Assembly (NCBI GenBank): GCA_963772725.1
Contig: CAVYYI010000003.1
Location: 192,001 to 256,000 of the forward strand
Length of the DNA: 64,000 bases
Source: an uncultured Phycisphaerales bacterium
GTDB lineage: Bacteria; Planctomycetota; Phycisphaerae; Sedimentisphaerales; Anaerobacaceae
Direction: 5' to 3'
This document shows, one piece after another, positions 11,301 through 21,193 of this stretch (the first letter of the stretch is position 1; each line of letters begins with the position of its first letter). Under the pieces are notes generated by a model. The model did no database searches, had not been told where the DNA came from, and saw only the letters and a program-made list of their open reading frames with translations. A program made the translations under genes and the position numbers.

Positions 11301-11942
11301 TCAAAAACCAAGTTCTTTCAATTTTTCAATCGTCAGTTTCCCTTTCGCCGGCGCGAGGTTTTCCAATTGTTTTTTTACCGTTTTTACAATTATGTCGGTC
11401 TCGATATTAACTACGTCTGCGATTTTGAGTTTGCTCAATGTGGTTTTTTCAAGCGTCGCTGGTATTATCGCCACGCTGAAAGAAGCGTTATCCATATCGG
11501 CTATCGTCAGGCTGATTCCGTCAACAGCGACTGAACCTTTCTTTACCATTTGTTCGAGCAGGTCAGCGGGTGCGGAAAATCTCATAACAGCAAACTCGCC
11601 CTGCTTCTCAACAGCCTTAACCGTTGCAGTACCATCAATATGGCCCAAAACAAAATGCCCGCCAAAACGGTCAGTGGGTTTCATCGCCCTTTCGACATTG
11701 ACCAGGTAGGAAGTTTTCAGCCTGCCAAGTGTCGATTTTCGCAGGGTTTCTCCGCTTACATCAAAAGTGGCGATATTGCCGTCGAGTCCGGAGACTGTAA
11801 GGCAGACGCCGTTGAGAGCGATGCTGTCGCCGATTTTGGTTTCATCAGCCAAGTTGTCCAAATCCACCAAAAAGCGCAGGCTTTCCCCCCTGCGATTAAC
11901 CGCTTTTATCGTGCAGACAGCCTCAATTAGTCCTGTAAACAT
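11301..11942 (-). CDS. ribE: riboflavin synthase (alpha chain)
   Basis: MFTGLIE start, GDSIALNGVCLTV, GGHFVLGHID, KGSVAVDGISLT, VNIETD. Confidence 0.96.
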   Translation of the reverse strand: MFTGLIEAVCTIKAVNRRGESLRFLVDLDNLADETKIGDSIALNGVCLTVSGLDGNIATFDVSGETLRKSTLGRLKTSYLVNVERAMKPTDRFGGHFVLGHIDGTATVKAVEKQGEFAVMRFSAPADLLEQMVKKGSVAVDGISLTIADMDNASFSVAIIPATLEKTTLSKLKIADVVNIETDIIVKTVKKQLENLAPAKGKLTIEKLKELGF

Positions 11943-12047
11943 AAAAAAACCCTTATTTGCGATTGATTATTTATAATCAATTATTATAATAGATTTTAGC
12001 GTTCAGCCAGATTTTTTCAATTATAAAGCTGAAAGGGTAAAACGATT

Positions 12048-12565
12048 ATGAGTACCTTCTGGGGCAAAGTTGCACTGCTGGCCATATTGGCAGTGGGGAT
12101 ATTTTTCGCATATAATTATTTTTCGAGTCTTCCAGAGCCTCAGCCGCAAAAGACCTTTTATGACGCCGCAGAGCGCGACGATAAAAAGTTTGCTATTAAT
12201 CCGGACGCAACACCACCGCCCCAGCCCCAGCCTACCCCGCAACCCAACACAGCGTCGCCCGCGCCGCAGCGGTACAGCCTCCACCTGCTTCTCCCGCTCC
12301 GCAGCCAGTGAATTATAGACAACTTGAAGAGGAAGATGATATACAGGCTCAGAGGTTATATGCTTTCGCTCTTGAGGAAAGAAAAAGAGGCCGCCTGCCA
12401 GGAATGGGTTTCAAGAAAATGGTCGATACCTGCCGGGAGATAATCTCAAAATATCCGGGGACTATATATGAAGCCAAAGCCAGAGAGATGCTCGGTGATA
12501 TCCCCGAACGCTTCTATCAGATGTACAACATTAAACCCGAAGAGATTAACCCGCCCAAAAAATGA
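12048..12565 (+). CDS. membrane-anchored hypothetical protein with Pro/Gln-rich linker; one frameshift ~12270
   Basis: N-terminal TM helix, PQPQPTPQP linker, duplicated ASPAPQ; continues in the 12308-12565 frame (CREIISKYPGTIYEAKAREML). Confidence 0.6.
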
Positions 12566-12597
12566 GGATTGTAAAATAATTCAAGGAGGAAATTTAA

Positions 12598-13479
12598 ATG
12601 TCTGCAAATGCGAACATTCCAGCAATCTCGATAAAGGCCGACTGTCTGCCCGAGGCCTGGGAAAAAGCGGTACTGGCTGTCTGGGACAATGGACTCGCAA
12701 TAAAAACCCAATATGATAAACCCGGCGACCCCCCAAGTAAAGATGCCACTGTTATGGTCGAGCTTGCCAATCCCTTTGCTGAGCCTCGCATCCATAAAAA
12801 TTTCCCGGGCGGGCCTGCCGAACTCGAGGCGTACCGTCAGGAGGTCGTCTCTGGTATCCACGACCACTGGATTGACCCTGCCGCGGGTAAATGGACTTAT
12901 ACATACCACGAAAGGCTTTTTTCATATTGCCCCGTGGAGGATATCCGCAATGCTCATTCACCTAAACCATTTAAGGCTGTCAACCAGATTCAGTACATAA
13001 TCGACAATCTCGCCGCAACCGCTCACTCCCGCCGCGCACAGGCCATAACGTGGATGCCAACCGCAGACCCGCAGACCGACGACCCGCCGTGCCTCCAGAG
13101 AATATGGTGCCGCCTCATTTCTGACGGCAAAGACGGCTGGGTCTTGAATATGAACACCCACTGGCGAAGCAGAGATTTATATAAGGCCTGGTTCATGAAT
13201 GTTTACGCCCTTACAGACTTGCAAAGAATTATCGCAGAGTCAATCGCGAAAAAAATCCGCCGTTCCGTAACTGTCGGCAGATATGTCGATATAAGCGATT
13301 CGCTCCACATCTACGGCAGCTACTTCAATGACGCGGCAAAAGAAGTTGAAAAAATGCGCGACGGCAATTTCCAGAACCGCGCATGGCAAACCTCGCATCC
13401 CGCCTTTGAGATGATGACCGCCGAAGCGAGAGAAAACCTCGCAAAAGACCCCGACTGGTACGCGAAAGCGAAAGGATAA
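12598..13479 (+). CDS. archaeal-type thymidylate synthase (ThyA)-like protein
   Basis: YTYHERL, SRRAQAITW, DPPCLQ (catalytic Cys), WRSRD, FMN, SLHIY motifs; RBS AAGGAGG. Confidence 0.85.
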   Translation: MSANANIPAISIKADCLPEAWEKAVLAVWDNGLAIKTQYDKPGDPPSKDATVMVELANPFAEPRIHKNFPGGPAELEAYRQEVVSGIHDHWIDPAAGKWTYTYHERLFSYCPVEDIRNAHSPKPFKAVNQIQYIIDNLAATAHSRRAQAITWMPTADPQTDDPPCLQRIWCRLISDGKDGWVLNMNTHWRSRDLYKAWFMNVYALTDLQRIIAESIAKKIRRSVTVGRYVDISDSLHIYGSYFNDAAKEVEKMRDGNFQNRAWQTSHPAFEMMTAEARENLAKDPDWYAKAKG

Positions 13480-13528
13480 AAATGAACATCAATAAGACAG
13501 TACAACCTTATATAGAAAAGACGCACAA

Positions 13529-14458
13529 ATGAGTTATGAAAGTAAAATGTTAGAGCAGTTTAATATGCCCGCAAGGCAAAAGGTTGAACAGGTCTTACTG
13601 CAATTGCTACTAAACCATGGAGGAACAATTAAGGAGTTTGGGCCAAAACAGGAAATAGTGGATGAAATAGCAAATGTTTTCAGCCTAAATGAACATCAAC
13701 GTTCCGCTTTCTTGCAGACAATATATCGCAAAGAGCATCGTATTAAGAAAGCTTTCCTTTGGCACAGGTTACTTTTCAGAGCAGCAGATTCTTTGGCTAA
13801 AGAGAAATTAGTTTCACGCCCAACAGAAACGTTTGAGTTAACGAACAAAAAAGAATGGATGTTAACGGAAAAAGGATTTGATGAATCCCTAAAACTTTCT
13901 AATATACCTACTGCAATAAAGACTTTTCTACCAACCAAGTCTTACGAAGTTCAAAAAATTGTAAAGAAACTATCTGAATCAACCAGACCGGAAAACTATA
14001 ATCCCTTTGATAAAGAAAAAAAAGCGGTCAAAGCAACCAGAAACTCTGCTATACGAATAAGAGCGTTTCGTCAAGCAATTATTGAAGTGTACTCTTATAA
14101 GTGTGCTGTTTGCAGAATGAAAATTAATTCACCCGATTGTTTATCGTGGGAGGTTGAAGCAGCTCATATTGTGCCTCACAGTTCTCAAGGGCGAGATGAT
14201 ATTTGGAATGGGTTAGCGTTGTGCCGACTACATCATTGGGCTTTCGATGTTGGCTGGTTTACCTTGCGAAATGATTACTCTATTGATGTTTCATCAAAAG
14301 CTAATTCTCTGCCCACCGATTTTGGAAGATTTGGAGATTATGAATTCATTCGAGCAATGTCAGGCAAACATATGAAACTATTTTTGCCTGGCAATAGTAA
14401 ATTATATCCACATCCTAATGCAATTCGATGGCACCGCCAGAATATTTTCCACCAATAA
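13529..14458 (+). CDS. HNH endonuclease with Mrr-N-like winged-helix N-terminus (putative restriction nuclease)
   Basis: FRQAIIEVYSYKCAVC, EAAHIVP, NGLALCRLHHWAFDVG, P.PNAIRWHR; N-terminus ends in WMLTEKG; visibly AT-richer than flanks. Confidence 0.85.
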   Translation: MSYESKMLEQFNMPARQKVEQVLLQLLLNHGGTIKEFGPKQEIVDEIANVFSLNEHQRSAFLQTIYRKEHRIKKAFLWHRLLFRAADSLAKEKLVSRPTETFELTNKKEWMLTEKGFDESLKLSNIPTAIKTFLPTKSYEVQKIVKKLSESTRPENYNPFDKEKKAVKATRNSAIRIRAFRQAIIEVYSYKCAVCRMKINSPDCLSWEVEAAHIVPHSSQGRDDIWNGLALCRLHHWAFDVGWFTLRNDYSIDVSSKANSLPTDFGRFGDYEFIRAMSGKHMKLFLPGNSKLYPHPNAIRWHRQNIFHQ

Positions 14459-14488
14459 ATATTTGTCGATTTTATAAAGGGATAGTCA

Positions 14489-14677
14489 ATGGAAAACGGA
14501 AGGAAAAGTGAAATAATCTATTCGATAAATGTGGGCGATATTCAACAAGTTGCCAATCAGATTCTTGATCGTAAACTCACTGAAAAAGAACTTGTTTTAG
14601 TCGAAGAGTCAATAGGTGATTACATAGATTGGTTTCAAGCAATTGAGAACTCAATTTACAGATATGTTACGAAATGA
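14489..14677 (+). CDS. small hypothetical protein
   Basis: 62-aa ORF with AAGGGA RBS, co-oriented downstream of the HNH gene, same AT-rich style. Confidence 0.55.
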   Translation: MENGRKSEIIYSINVGDIQQVANQILDRKLTEKELVLVEESIGDYIDWFQAIENSIYRYVTK

Positions 14678-14724
14678 GTAATCTAAATTTGATAACAAAA
14701 CGAAACTCATAGAAAGAGATAAAA

Positions 14725-15567
14725 ATGACTTTAATTGTAAATGACGAAAAAATTAACGATGACCTGATAAAACAGGAAGCAGACAGGCTAAGGCCTGAGT
14801 ATGAACAGGCTTTTGCCGATATGGATAAACAAGCCCGCGAAGAACAGCTTATGGACTGGTCACGCGAAAACATCATCGAGCAGACACTTCTCAAACAGCA
14901 GGCTAACGCCCAAATCCCCAACATACCATCTGAAGAAATCGATAAAGTTCTAGAACAGTCGCGGAAAAATCTCTCCGAGATGGATGATCAGACACGCAAG
15001 CGTCTCCGAACCGGTATCGAATCGCAAATGAAAGTTGAAAAACTCATCGAGCAGATTTCCGCTAAGGTAAAAGAGCCCAACGACGAACAAATCAAAGATT
15101 ACTATCATAATCACCGGGAACTTTTCAGGACTCAAGAGCAGGTGCGTGTGGCTCATATTGTAAAGCACATCAGCTGGCAGTGCGATGACCAGGCTGCACA
15201 TGAAGAAATTCTGCAAATTAAAAATCGACTCGATAAAGGTGAGCTTTTTGAAACTCTGGCCTCGAAGCATTCCGATTGTCCCGAAAGTGCAGGCGACCTC
15301 GGATATATAGCCAGGGGACAGATGGTCGAGGAATTCGAGGATACCGCCTTCAGGCTCGGCGTCAATCAGGTCAGCGAGATTATCCGAACCCGTTTCGGCT
15401 ACCATATCGTCAAATGCTACGACCGAAAACCCTCCGTCCTTCTCGGCCTCGACAATAAAGACGTCCGTGACGCCGTCAAAAGAAGCTTAACAGAACAGAT
15501 GCAGCAGGAGATAATCGAAGATTTTATTGACCAGCTTAAAGCCCAAGCCAAAATCGAACACCTCTAA
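14725..15567 (+). CDS. PpiC/parvulin-type peptidyl-prolyl isomerase
   Basis: VRVAHIV, FETLASKHSDCP, GDLGYIARGQMVEEFEDTAF, TRFGYHIVK. Confidence 0.9.
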   Translation: MTLIVNDEKINDDLIKQEADRLRPEYEQAFADMDKQAREEQLMDWSRENIIEQTLLKQQANAQIPNIPSEEIDKVLEQSRKNLSEMDDQTRKRLRTGIESQMKVEKLIEQISAKVKEPNDEQIKDYYHNHRELFRTQEQVRVAHIVKHISWQCDDQAAHEEILQIKNRLDKGELFETLASKHSDCPESAGDLGYIARGQMVEEFEDTAFRLGVNQVSEIIRTRFGYHIVKCYDRKPSVLLGLDNKDVRDAVKRSLTEQMQQEIIEDFIDQLKAQAKIEHL

Positions 15568-15883
15568 ATCGAATTAACCCGCACATTTCACCAGTAAGAA
15601 CGCAGTTTTGTATGGGGAATCCCGCCGATTCACTCTAAAAAATAATTTAACAATTTGGCATTAGCGAATTTATTTTTTATGTTTTCTATGGCTGGGCAAA
15701 TAAAGAGGCCAATGCCATCGGGGTTTTTTGTGGCGGCCAATTAAAACTATTAGCCCATTTTTGAGAATCCTGCTTTGGGGGGGATAAAAAAGGAACCAGG
15801 GCAGGATCGCTTACAATGCCTTTGTTTATCAAAGGCTTTAAGGAAAGATTTGTGGGGGGATATTTAAATTTCTTTCCGTGTTT

Positions 15884-15914
15884 AGGCTTCCGCAATCCCG
15901 CGGAAGCCTTTTTT
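15884..15914 (+). terminator. intrinsic terminator
   Basis: AGGCTTCCGC-aatccc-GCGGAAGCCT stem followed by a T-run, between convergent genes. Confidence 0.75.
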
Positions 15915-15952
15915 ATTGTTCCGATTTTAATGCCATCCCTTTCGATAGATGA

Positions 15953-17656
15953 TTATTTACAGAGAGTATGATTTGCAGGGGGATGATTTGTAACCAGCCA
16001 GCGTTCAGCATTTTTGCCAATAATATATATTGTGCAGCCGTTTATTTTTTTTAAGGTGTCAAGTTTTTTCTGACCGCTGACAAGGCAATAAACACGCTGA
16101 GGGGAAACCATCAAATCCGCAAGCTGCTTAATGCTTTCTGGTGACGTCTCGCTGAACCTTTCCAATTCAGCGGTGTCGGTGTAGAAAATAAATGAGGGTT
16201 GCACAGAGGTAAAAAAACAGATTTTGCTGTAAGAAGCTTGTCCCGGAGGAATCAGCCTTGCCAGCGCACGCGTGCTCCTCATTTCATATATATCTATAGC
16301 TGTATGACCGAAGGCTAACAAATACAGAGTTGTAATGCCGGCAAACATCCAGATAATAAACCGTGTCTGATGGTCGGTACGCAAATATTTTATCATTTGC
16401 CATACAGAAAAAATAATTATCGCTGCTGGAATAAAAATCCAAAGGTCGATACTTTTGAGATATATCTCCAAACCGATTAAAAATGCTAACATTATAGATA
16501 AAGTAACAACAAAACCTTTGCCGGCGTTTTTCATGGCCTTATTCATCGCATCAGCCGAAATCCATTCTCCGATAAGCCCACCCATCAATACCGCCAGCGG
16601 CGGAAACGCGGGAACGATATAACCGGCCATTTTTGTACGGCTGAACGAGAAAAATAGTATTGTTACAATTGCAGACAGCCAAAGCAGCAATATTAAGGGA
16701 CTGTCGGCCCGCGTACGCCATCGTCGGGGAAAATATTTTTCAATAGCGGCGGGGAAATAAACTGTCCAAGGCAACAGGCCTCCTAAAAGTATCACGATAT
16801 ATAAAATACCAGGCCAATGATGTCCTAATGAATTTCCAGCGTAACGCTCAAGGTTATGATGGATGAAGAATTCATAAACATAATTAGGCTCCCGAAGGCT
16901 TATTGCTACATACCACGGTGCGGCGATAAGCAGATATAAAGTGATGCCGGGCAAATAAAAGAACTTTATAATTTGGCGATACCGCCTGCTCAGAATCAGC
17001 CAGGACAAAATGATAAGTACCGGCAAAACGATACCTACGGGGCCCTTGAAGAGAGTCGCAATTCCGCAGAAGAAATAAAAACCCAGCCAGCCTCGCCTGC
17101 GATGAGATTTGCCGCCGTCTGTTTCAAAAAGACTTTCACTTCGCCAGAACCACCAAATTGCCGCCCATATACCGGCTGTAAAAGGCATATCCATACGAAA
17201 CCATCGTGCGACAAAAAGGAACTCGGCGCTAGTCGCCAGTATTAATCCGGCAATCAATCCGGCAGCAGCATTGAATAACTGCCTGGCAAAAAAATATGTT
17301 ATTATTACTACCGCTATACCACCTATCGCAGCTACGAGTCTGCCGCTCAATTCAACGTTATCTGTAAGTTTCATCGCGGCTATGGTAAGCCAGAAAAACG
17401 GCGCCGGTTTATCATAGTACACTTCGCCGTCGAGATGAGGCACAATCCAGTCTCCAAACCTTTGCATATCCGCAGCTATGACCGCGCAGCGGGACTCATC
17501 CGGGTCCATTAATGGAAGTGAGCCTGCTCGAATTAGAAACAGCAATGCTGAAACTACGATGAGCAGGGTAACATGCGTTGCTGCCTGGTAAGGCATGCAA
17601 ACATACCATCGAAGCAGTTTATTTTTTATAAATTGATAAGATACCGGATAGTTCAT
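15953..17656 (-). CDS. ArnT/PMT-like polyprenyl-phosphate-sugar glycosyltransferase
   Basis: DPDESR, GDWIVPHLDGEVYYDKPAPFFWL, RMDM, LFKGPVG, APWY, SRTKMAGYIVPAFP; many TM helices. Confidence 0.9.
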   Translation of the reverse strand: MNYPVSYQFIKNKLLRWYVCMPYQAATHVTLLIVVSALLFLIRAGSLPLMDPDESRCAVIAADMQRFGDWIVPHLDGEVYYDKPAPFFWLTIAAMKLTDNVELSGRLVAAIGGIAVVIITYFFARQLFNAAAGLIAGLILATSAEFLFVARWFRMDMPFTAGIWAAIWWFWRSESLFETDGGKSHRRRGWLGFYFFCGIATLFKGPVGIVLPVLIILSWLILSRRYRQIIKFFYLPGITLYLLIAAPWYVAISLREPNYVYEFFIHHNLERYAGNSLGHHWPGILYIVILLGGLLPWTVYFPAAIEKYFPRRWRTRADSPLILLLWLSAIVTILFFSFSRTKMAGYIVPAFPPLAVLMGGLIGEWISADAMNKAMKNAGKGFVVTLSIMLAFLIGLEIYLKSIDLWIFIPAAIIIFSVWQMIKYLRTDHQTRFIIWMFAGITTLYLLAFGHTAIDIYEMRSTRALARLIPPGQASYSKICFFTSVQPSFIFYTDTAELERFSETSPESIKQLADLMVSPQRVYCLVSGQKKLDTLKKINGCTIYIIGKNAERWLVTNHPPANHTLCK

Positions 17657-17735
17657 TTCTAATCTTTTGCCTATAAAATTAATATACTTTTACCATCAAA
17701 TCCCGCGTGTAGTCAAGAGTGTTCTAAGTTTAAAG

Positions 17736-19271
17736 GTAATGGGTCAGTTATGGGTGGGCAGGTGCATGTTATGATGAGTCGTGACGGAGGAGAACTTTGG
17801 AAAGGTCTATATCAGGCTGTTCGGCAAGTTTGTCGAGGGCAGACTTGAAGGCATCAACAACATCCGGACATCTTTTTCGCATAGTATGTAATACCGTCAT
17901 AAGAATCTCACGCGTTTTTGCCCCATCTTCAGATTGAGAGCCGAAACTTATCTTTCTGGCAATAACAAGCGGACGCAGTTCCCGTTCAGCCAAATTGTTA
18001 TCTGCCGGTACCTTACGGTCATCGGCCCAGTGGTAAAGCCTATCGGCCTTTTCACGAAAAATATCCTGCATATTCTGGATGGCCGGATGGTTGGCATGGT
18101 GATTAACAATATCGATGATGGCTCTCTTAATTTTAGCTGCCTGCCGCTTAAACTGTCGGTCTGTTATATCTAATGTGCGAAGGCTGATTGCATTAGCCAA
18201 CTGGGAGACCAACGCTTCAACGAAAGACCTGATTTCCACGTTTTCGGGAAAATCTTTTTCCAAATCCTTAACATTACGCAATAGATGTGCATAACAATAT
18301 TGAATCTTACAAGGCATCCTATTGTAGCCGTTATAGCGATCCACAACCAGAACACCCGGCAAGGGCTTTTCGCCAAAAACCTCTTTGGCTACACGGGCAG
18401 AACGGCTGGAGCGGAATCGAAAGATACTAATATCAGGCGTGCAAAACAGCCACGAGAAACCGTTCTGGCCGTCTGTCCGCCAACCAGTCTCATCAGCGTG
18501 CTTAACAGCGGCCTTGCGATAGTCTTCTATGAGTGATTTGGGAACATCTTTCAATATCCCTGCCAACTGGTGCAAAGCGTCAACTATACTGCTGTAGCCG
18601 ATGCCTGTTTGTTTTTCTATCTGACCCAGTGTATTGCCATAGATATAGTGCTGTACTGCCACATAGACAAGCAGATTATTCGAATATAAACACTTTGGCA
18701 GAACACCAGGAGGTTTGGCGGCAACTACCTTTTGGCATCGCGGACAATACTTGCGTTCCAAATTATACAGAAGCTTTTTTATCTTAACAGGCTGGCAATC
18801 AATTACCGCTCGTTGTCTTGTGCCTTTGTTCTCCAAAACGCTTCCGCAATCAGGGCATATATCGGCTGCCTCAACCCTTTGCACATAGTCCGCATCTTTT
18901 TCACAGACACCGGTTCTGCCGTGACCTTTATGACCTGTTCTGCCTCCGCCGCAATTATTTGTGTGTTCTATCTGACAATTCGGCTTAATGGGAATTTTAG
19001 CGGATGGCGTGGATGAGCCGAAAAAACCTTCTTGGGCTGTCCTTTCCTTGTGTCGTAATTTTGCCTTGAGTGAAACTATCTGTTCCTGAAGCTCATCGAT
19101 TTTACGTTGTTTTTCAAGGCATTGCTGACAGTAAATCATCTGCGTTTATTCCCGATTTGTTTGTCTTATCTCATCAAACTGTGGATTTTATCGGAAATCC
19201 TACGCCATAAACTTGAGGACCTTAATACTTACAGCAAAATCAATATCTCCCACCCATAACTGACCCATTAC
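17736..19271 (-). mobile_element. IS66-family insertion sequence, single-ORF type (1536 bp)
   Basis: Perfect 23-bp IRs GTAATGGGTCAGTTATGGGTGGG; 8-bp target duplication GTTTAAAG at 17728-17735 and 19272-19279. Confidence 0.95.
17769..19139 (-). CDS. IS66-family transposase (TnpC-like)
   Basis: Leucine zipper, CPDCG..CPRC zinc finger, HADETGW, VVDRYNGY, QYCYAHLLR, NNLAERELR. Confidence 0.95.
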   Translation of the reverse strand: MIYCQQCLEKQRKIDELQEQIVSLKAKLRHKERTAQEGFFGSSTPSAKIPIKPNCQIEHTNNCGGGRTGHKGHGRTGVCEKDADYVQRVEAADICPDCGSVLENKGTRQRAVIDCQPVKIKKLLYNLERKYCPRCQKVVAAKPPGVLPKCLYSNNLLVYVAVQHYIYGNTLGQIEKQTGIGYSSIVDALHQLAGILKDVPKSLIEDYRKAAVKHADETGWRTDGQNGFSWLFCTPDISIFRFRSSRSARVAKEVFGEKPLPGVLVVDRYNGYNRMPCKIQYCYAHLLRNVKDLEKDFPENVEIRSFVEALVSQLANAISLRTLDITDRQFKRQAAKIKRAIIDIVNHHANHPAIQNMQDIFREKADRLYHWADDRKVPADNNLAERELRPLVIARKISFGSQSEDGAKTREILMTVLHTMRKRCPDVVDAFKSALDKLAEQPDIDLSKVLLRHDSS

Positions 19272-19362
19272 GTTTAAAGCTTTATGAAAATTTCGCCAAA
19301 AACTTGGAGCCATTACAAAATCTGATTGAATTCACTGCTTTTGCGGTTTAGAATCTCCGTCA

Positions 19363-20212
19363 GTGGAAAGAAAAGTTATAATAAATGCGGATGATTTCGG
19401 GCTTTGTCAGGGTGTGAACAAAGGCATAGTCGAGGCGCACATTAACGGCATACTTACAAGTGCGACAATAATGGCCAATATGCCATGGGCTGAGGATGCC
19501 GTCAGCTTAGCCAAACAATTGCCGAATCTCGGCACAGGGATTCATCTCAATCTTTCGATGGGAAGTCCACTATCAAATGGCGCCAAAATAGACTACCTCG
19601 TCGATTCCGCTGGCCTATTCAAATGTTCGGCCGCTAAACTGTCTATCCTCTCCGCAACAAGTATTAAAGCCAGAAAAGCCATCTTCAGCGAACTATCCGC
19701 ACAGGTTCAATGGGTAATCGACAAAGGGCTAAAACCAACACACCTTGATTCACATAAACATATCCACAGTTTTCCAACAATGTTTCCTCTGGTCTGTAAA
19801 CTCGCACACAAATTCGGGATACCAGCGATTAGATGGACTTATGAGCCGAAAGCTGTCTGCCGAATGCCCTGGCCTGTGCATAGCGACGGCGGGTTAAACA
19901 GGGCGAGAACTCTCCGGATTATGGCAAAAATAAATCGTCTGCAGAACTCGAAACTGCTCAAAACATCCGCTCTTTTAGGAATTGCCCATACTGGAAAAAT
20001 AAATGTGGACTTTTTCAGGGCGGTGGTGTTATATGGTTCGGTTGCAACGGTGGAAGTTATGACCCATCCCGGATTTACCAACGGCATAGACAGAAACCAA
20101 ACAAGGCTTGTCGAGCAGCGAAAAGTCGAACTCGAACGCACTTTGCAGTGAAAAAACAAAAAAATATTTTGTTGAGGCCGGTATAAAGCTGGTACATTAT
20201 GGACAGATATAA
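19363..20212 (+). CDS. ChbG/HpnK/YdjC-family deacetylase; C-terminal frameshift near 20135
   Basis: IINADDFG, GIHLNL, THLDSHKHIH, EVMTHPG; C-terminus ALCSEKTKKYFVEAGIKLVHYGQI* continues in another frame to 20212. Confidence 0.9.
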
Positions 20213-21176
20213 TAACGCTGATATTGATTGCTCGGTAGTCGTTCCTCTTTACAACGAATCATCCGTGGCGGAAGAACTTTACGCACGACTGACCAAAACG
20301 ATGTCCGCAACAGGCCTCAGTTACGAGCTTATTTTCGTAGATGACGGCAGTCTCGATAATACGCTCGAACTGATAAAGACCATCGCCGAAAAAGACAACA
20401 AAGTGGTCGTGGTCGAACTTCGCCGAAATTTCGGCCAGACTCCCGCTCTGGCCGCCGGTTTTGACAACGCAAAAGGCCGGATAATAATATCGATGGATGG
20501 CGATTTGCAGCACGCTCCGGAAGAAATTCCCAACTTCATCGAGAAAATCGAAGCGGGCTACGATGTCGTCAGCGGCTGGCGAAAACACAGAGTCGATAAC
20601 CTCGTCATGCGAAAGATACCCAGCAGGATAGCAAACTGGCTCGCCTCAAAAATCAGCGGTGTCGATATCCACGACTTTGGCACTACATTCAAGGCCTACA
20701 AACGAGAGATAATCGAGGAACTGAACCTCTACGGAGAAATGCACAGGTTTATACCCGCGCTGCTCTCACAAAAAGGCGCAAAAATTATCGAGATACCCAT
20801 TCAGAATATTGTTCGCCCGAAAGGCTCAAGCAACTATGGAATTTCCAGAACATTCAGAGTCACTTTGGATTTGATAACGCTTAGATTTGTCCTTGGCTAC
20901 ATAACAAGACCGCTCCATTTTTTCGGCAGAGGTGCTATGTTTTGCATAACGACAGCGTTTTTGATGGGATTATATATTCTGTTCGATAAGTTTTTTTATC
21001 ACGTGCCTATTTTTGTTGCGCACGGTCCTTTGGCACTGCTTGCCGTAATGCTTCTGCTCGTCGGTTCCATCTTTATCACAACCGGACTTATAGGCGAAAT
21101 GGTCAGCAGGGTTTATTTCGAGGCGACAGATAAAAAAATATATTCAGTGCGCAAAGTATATCGCAAAAAAATGTGA
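20199..21176 (+). CDS. GT2 polyprenyl-phosphate glycosyltransferase (ArnC-like)
   Basis: VVVPLYNE, VDDGSLD, RRNFGQTPAL, MDGDLQH, DVVSGWR, EMHRFIP; two C-terminal TM helices. Confidence 0.92.
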   Translation: MDRYNNADIDCSVVVPLYNESSVAEELYARLTKTMSATGLSYELIFVDDGSLDNTLELIKTIAEKDNKVVVVELRRNFGQTPALAAGFDNAKGRIIISMDGDLQHAPEEIPNFIEKIEAGYDVVSGWRKHRVDNLVMRKIPSRIANWLASKISGVDIHDFGTTFKAYKREIIEELNLYGEMHRFIPALLSQKGAKIIEIPIQNIVRPKGSSNYGISRTFRVTLDLITLRFVLGYITRPLHFFGRGAMFCITTAFLMGLYILFDKFFYHVPIFVAHGPLALLAVMLLLVGSIFITTGLIGEMVSRVYFEATDKKIYSVRKVYRKKM

Positions 21177-21193
21177 GACGGAGTAAGAAGGTA

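Noticed and set aside
15570..15880. Intergenic stretch resembling a CRISPR leader or sRNA ahead of a terminator
   Set aside because: No repeats follow and no recognisable RNA family motif; cannot be supported without a covariance search
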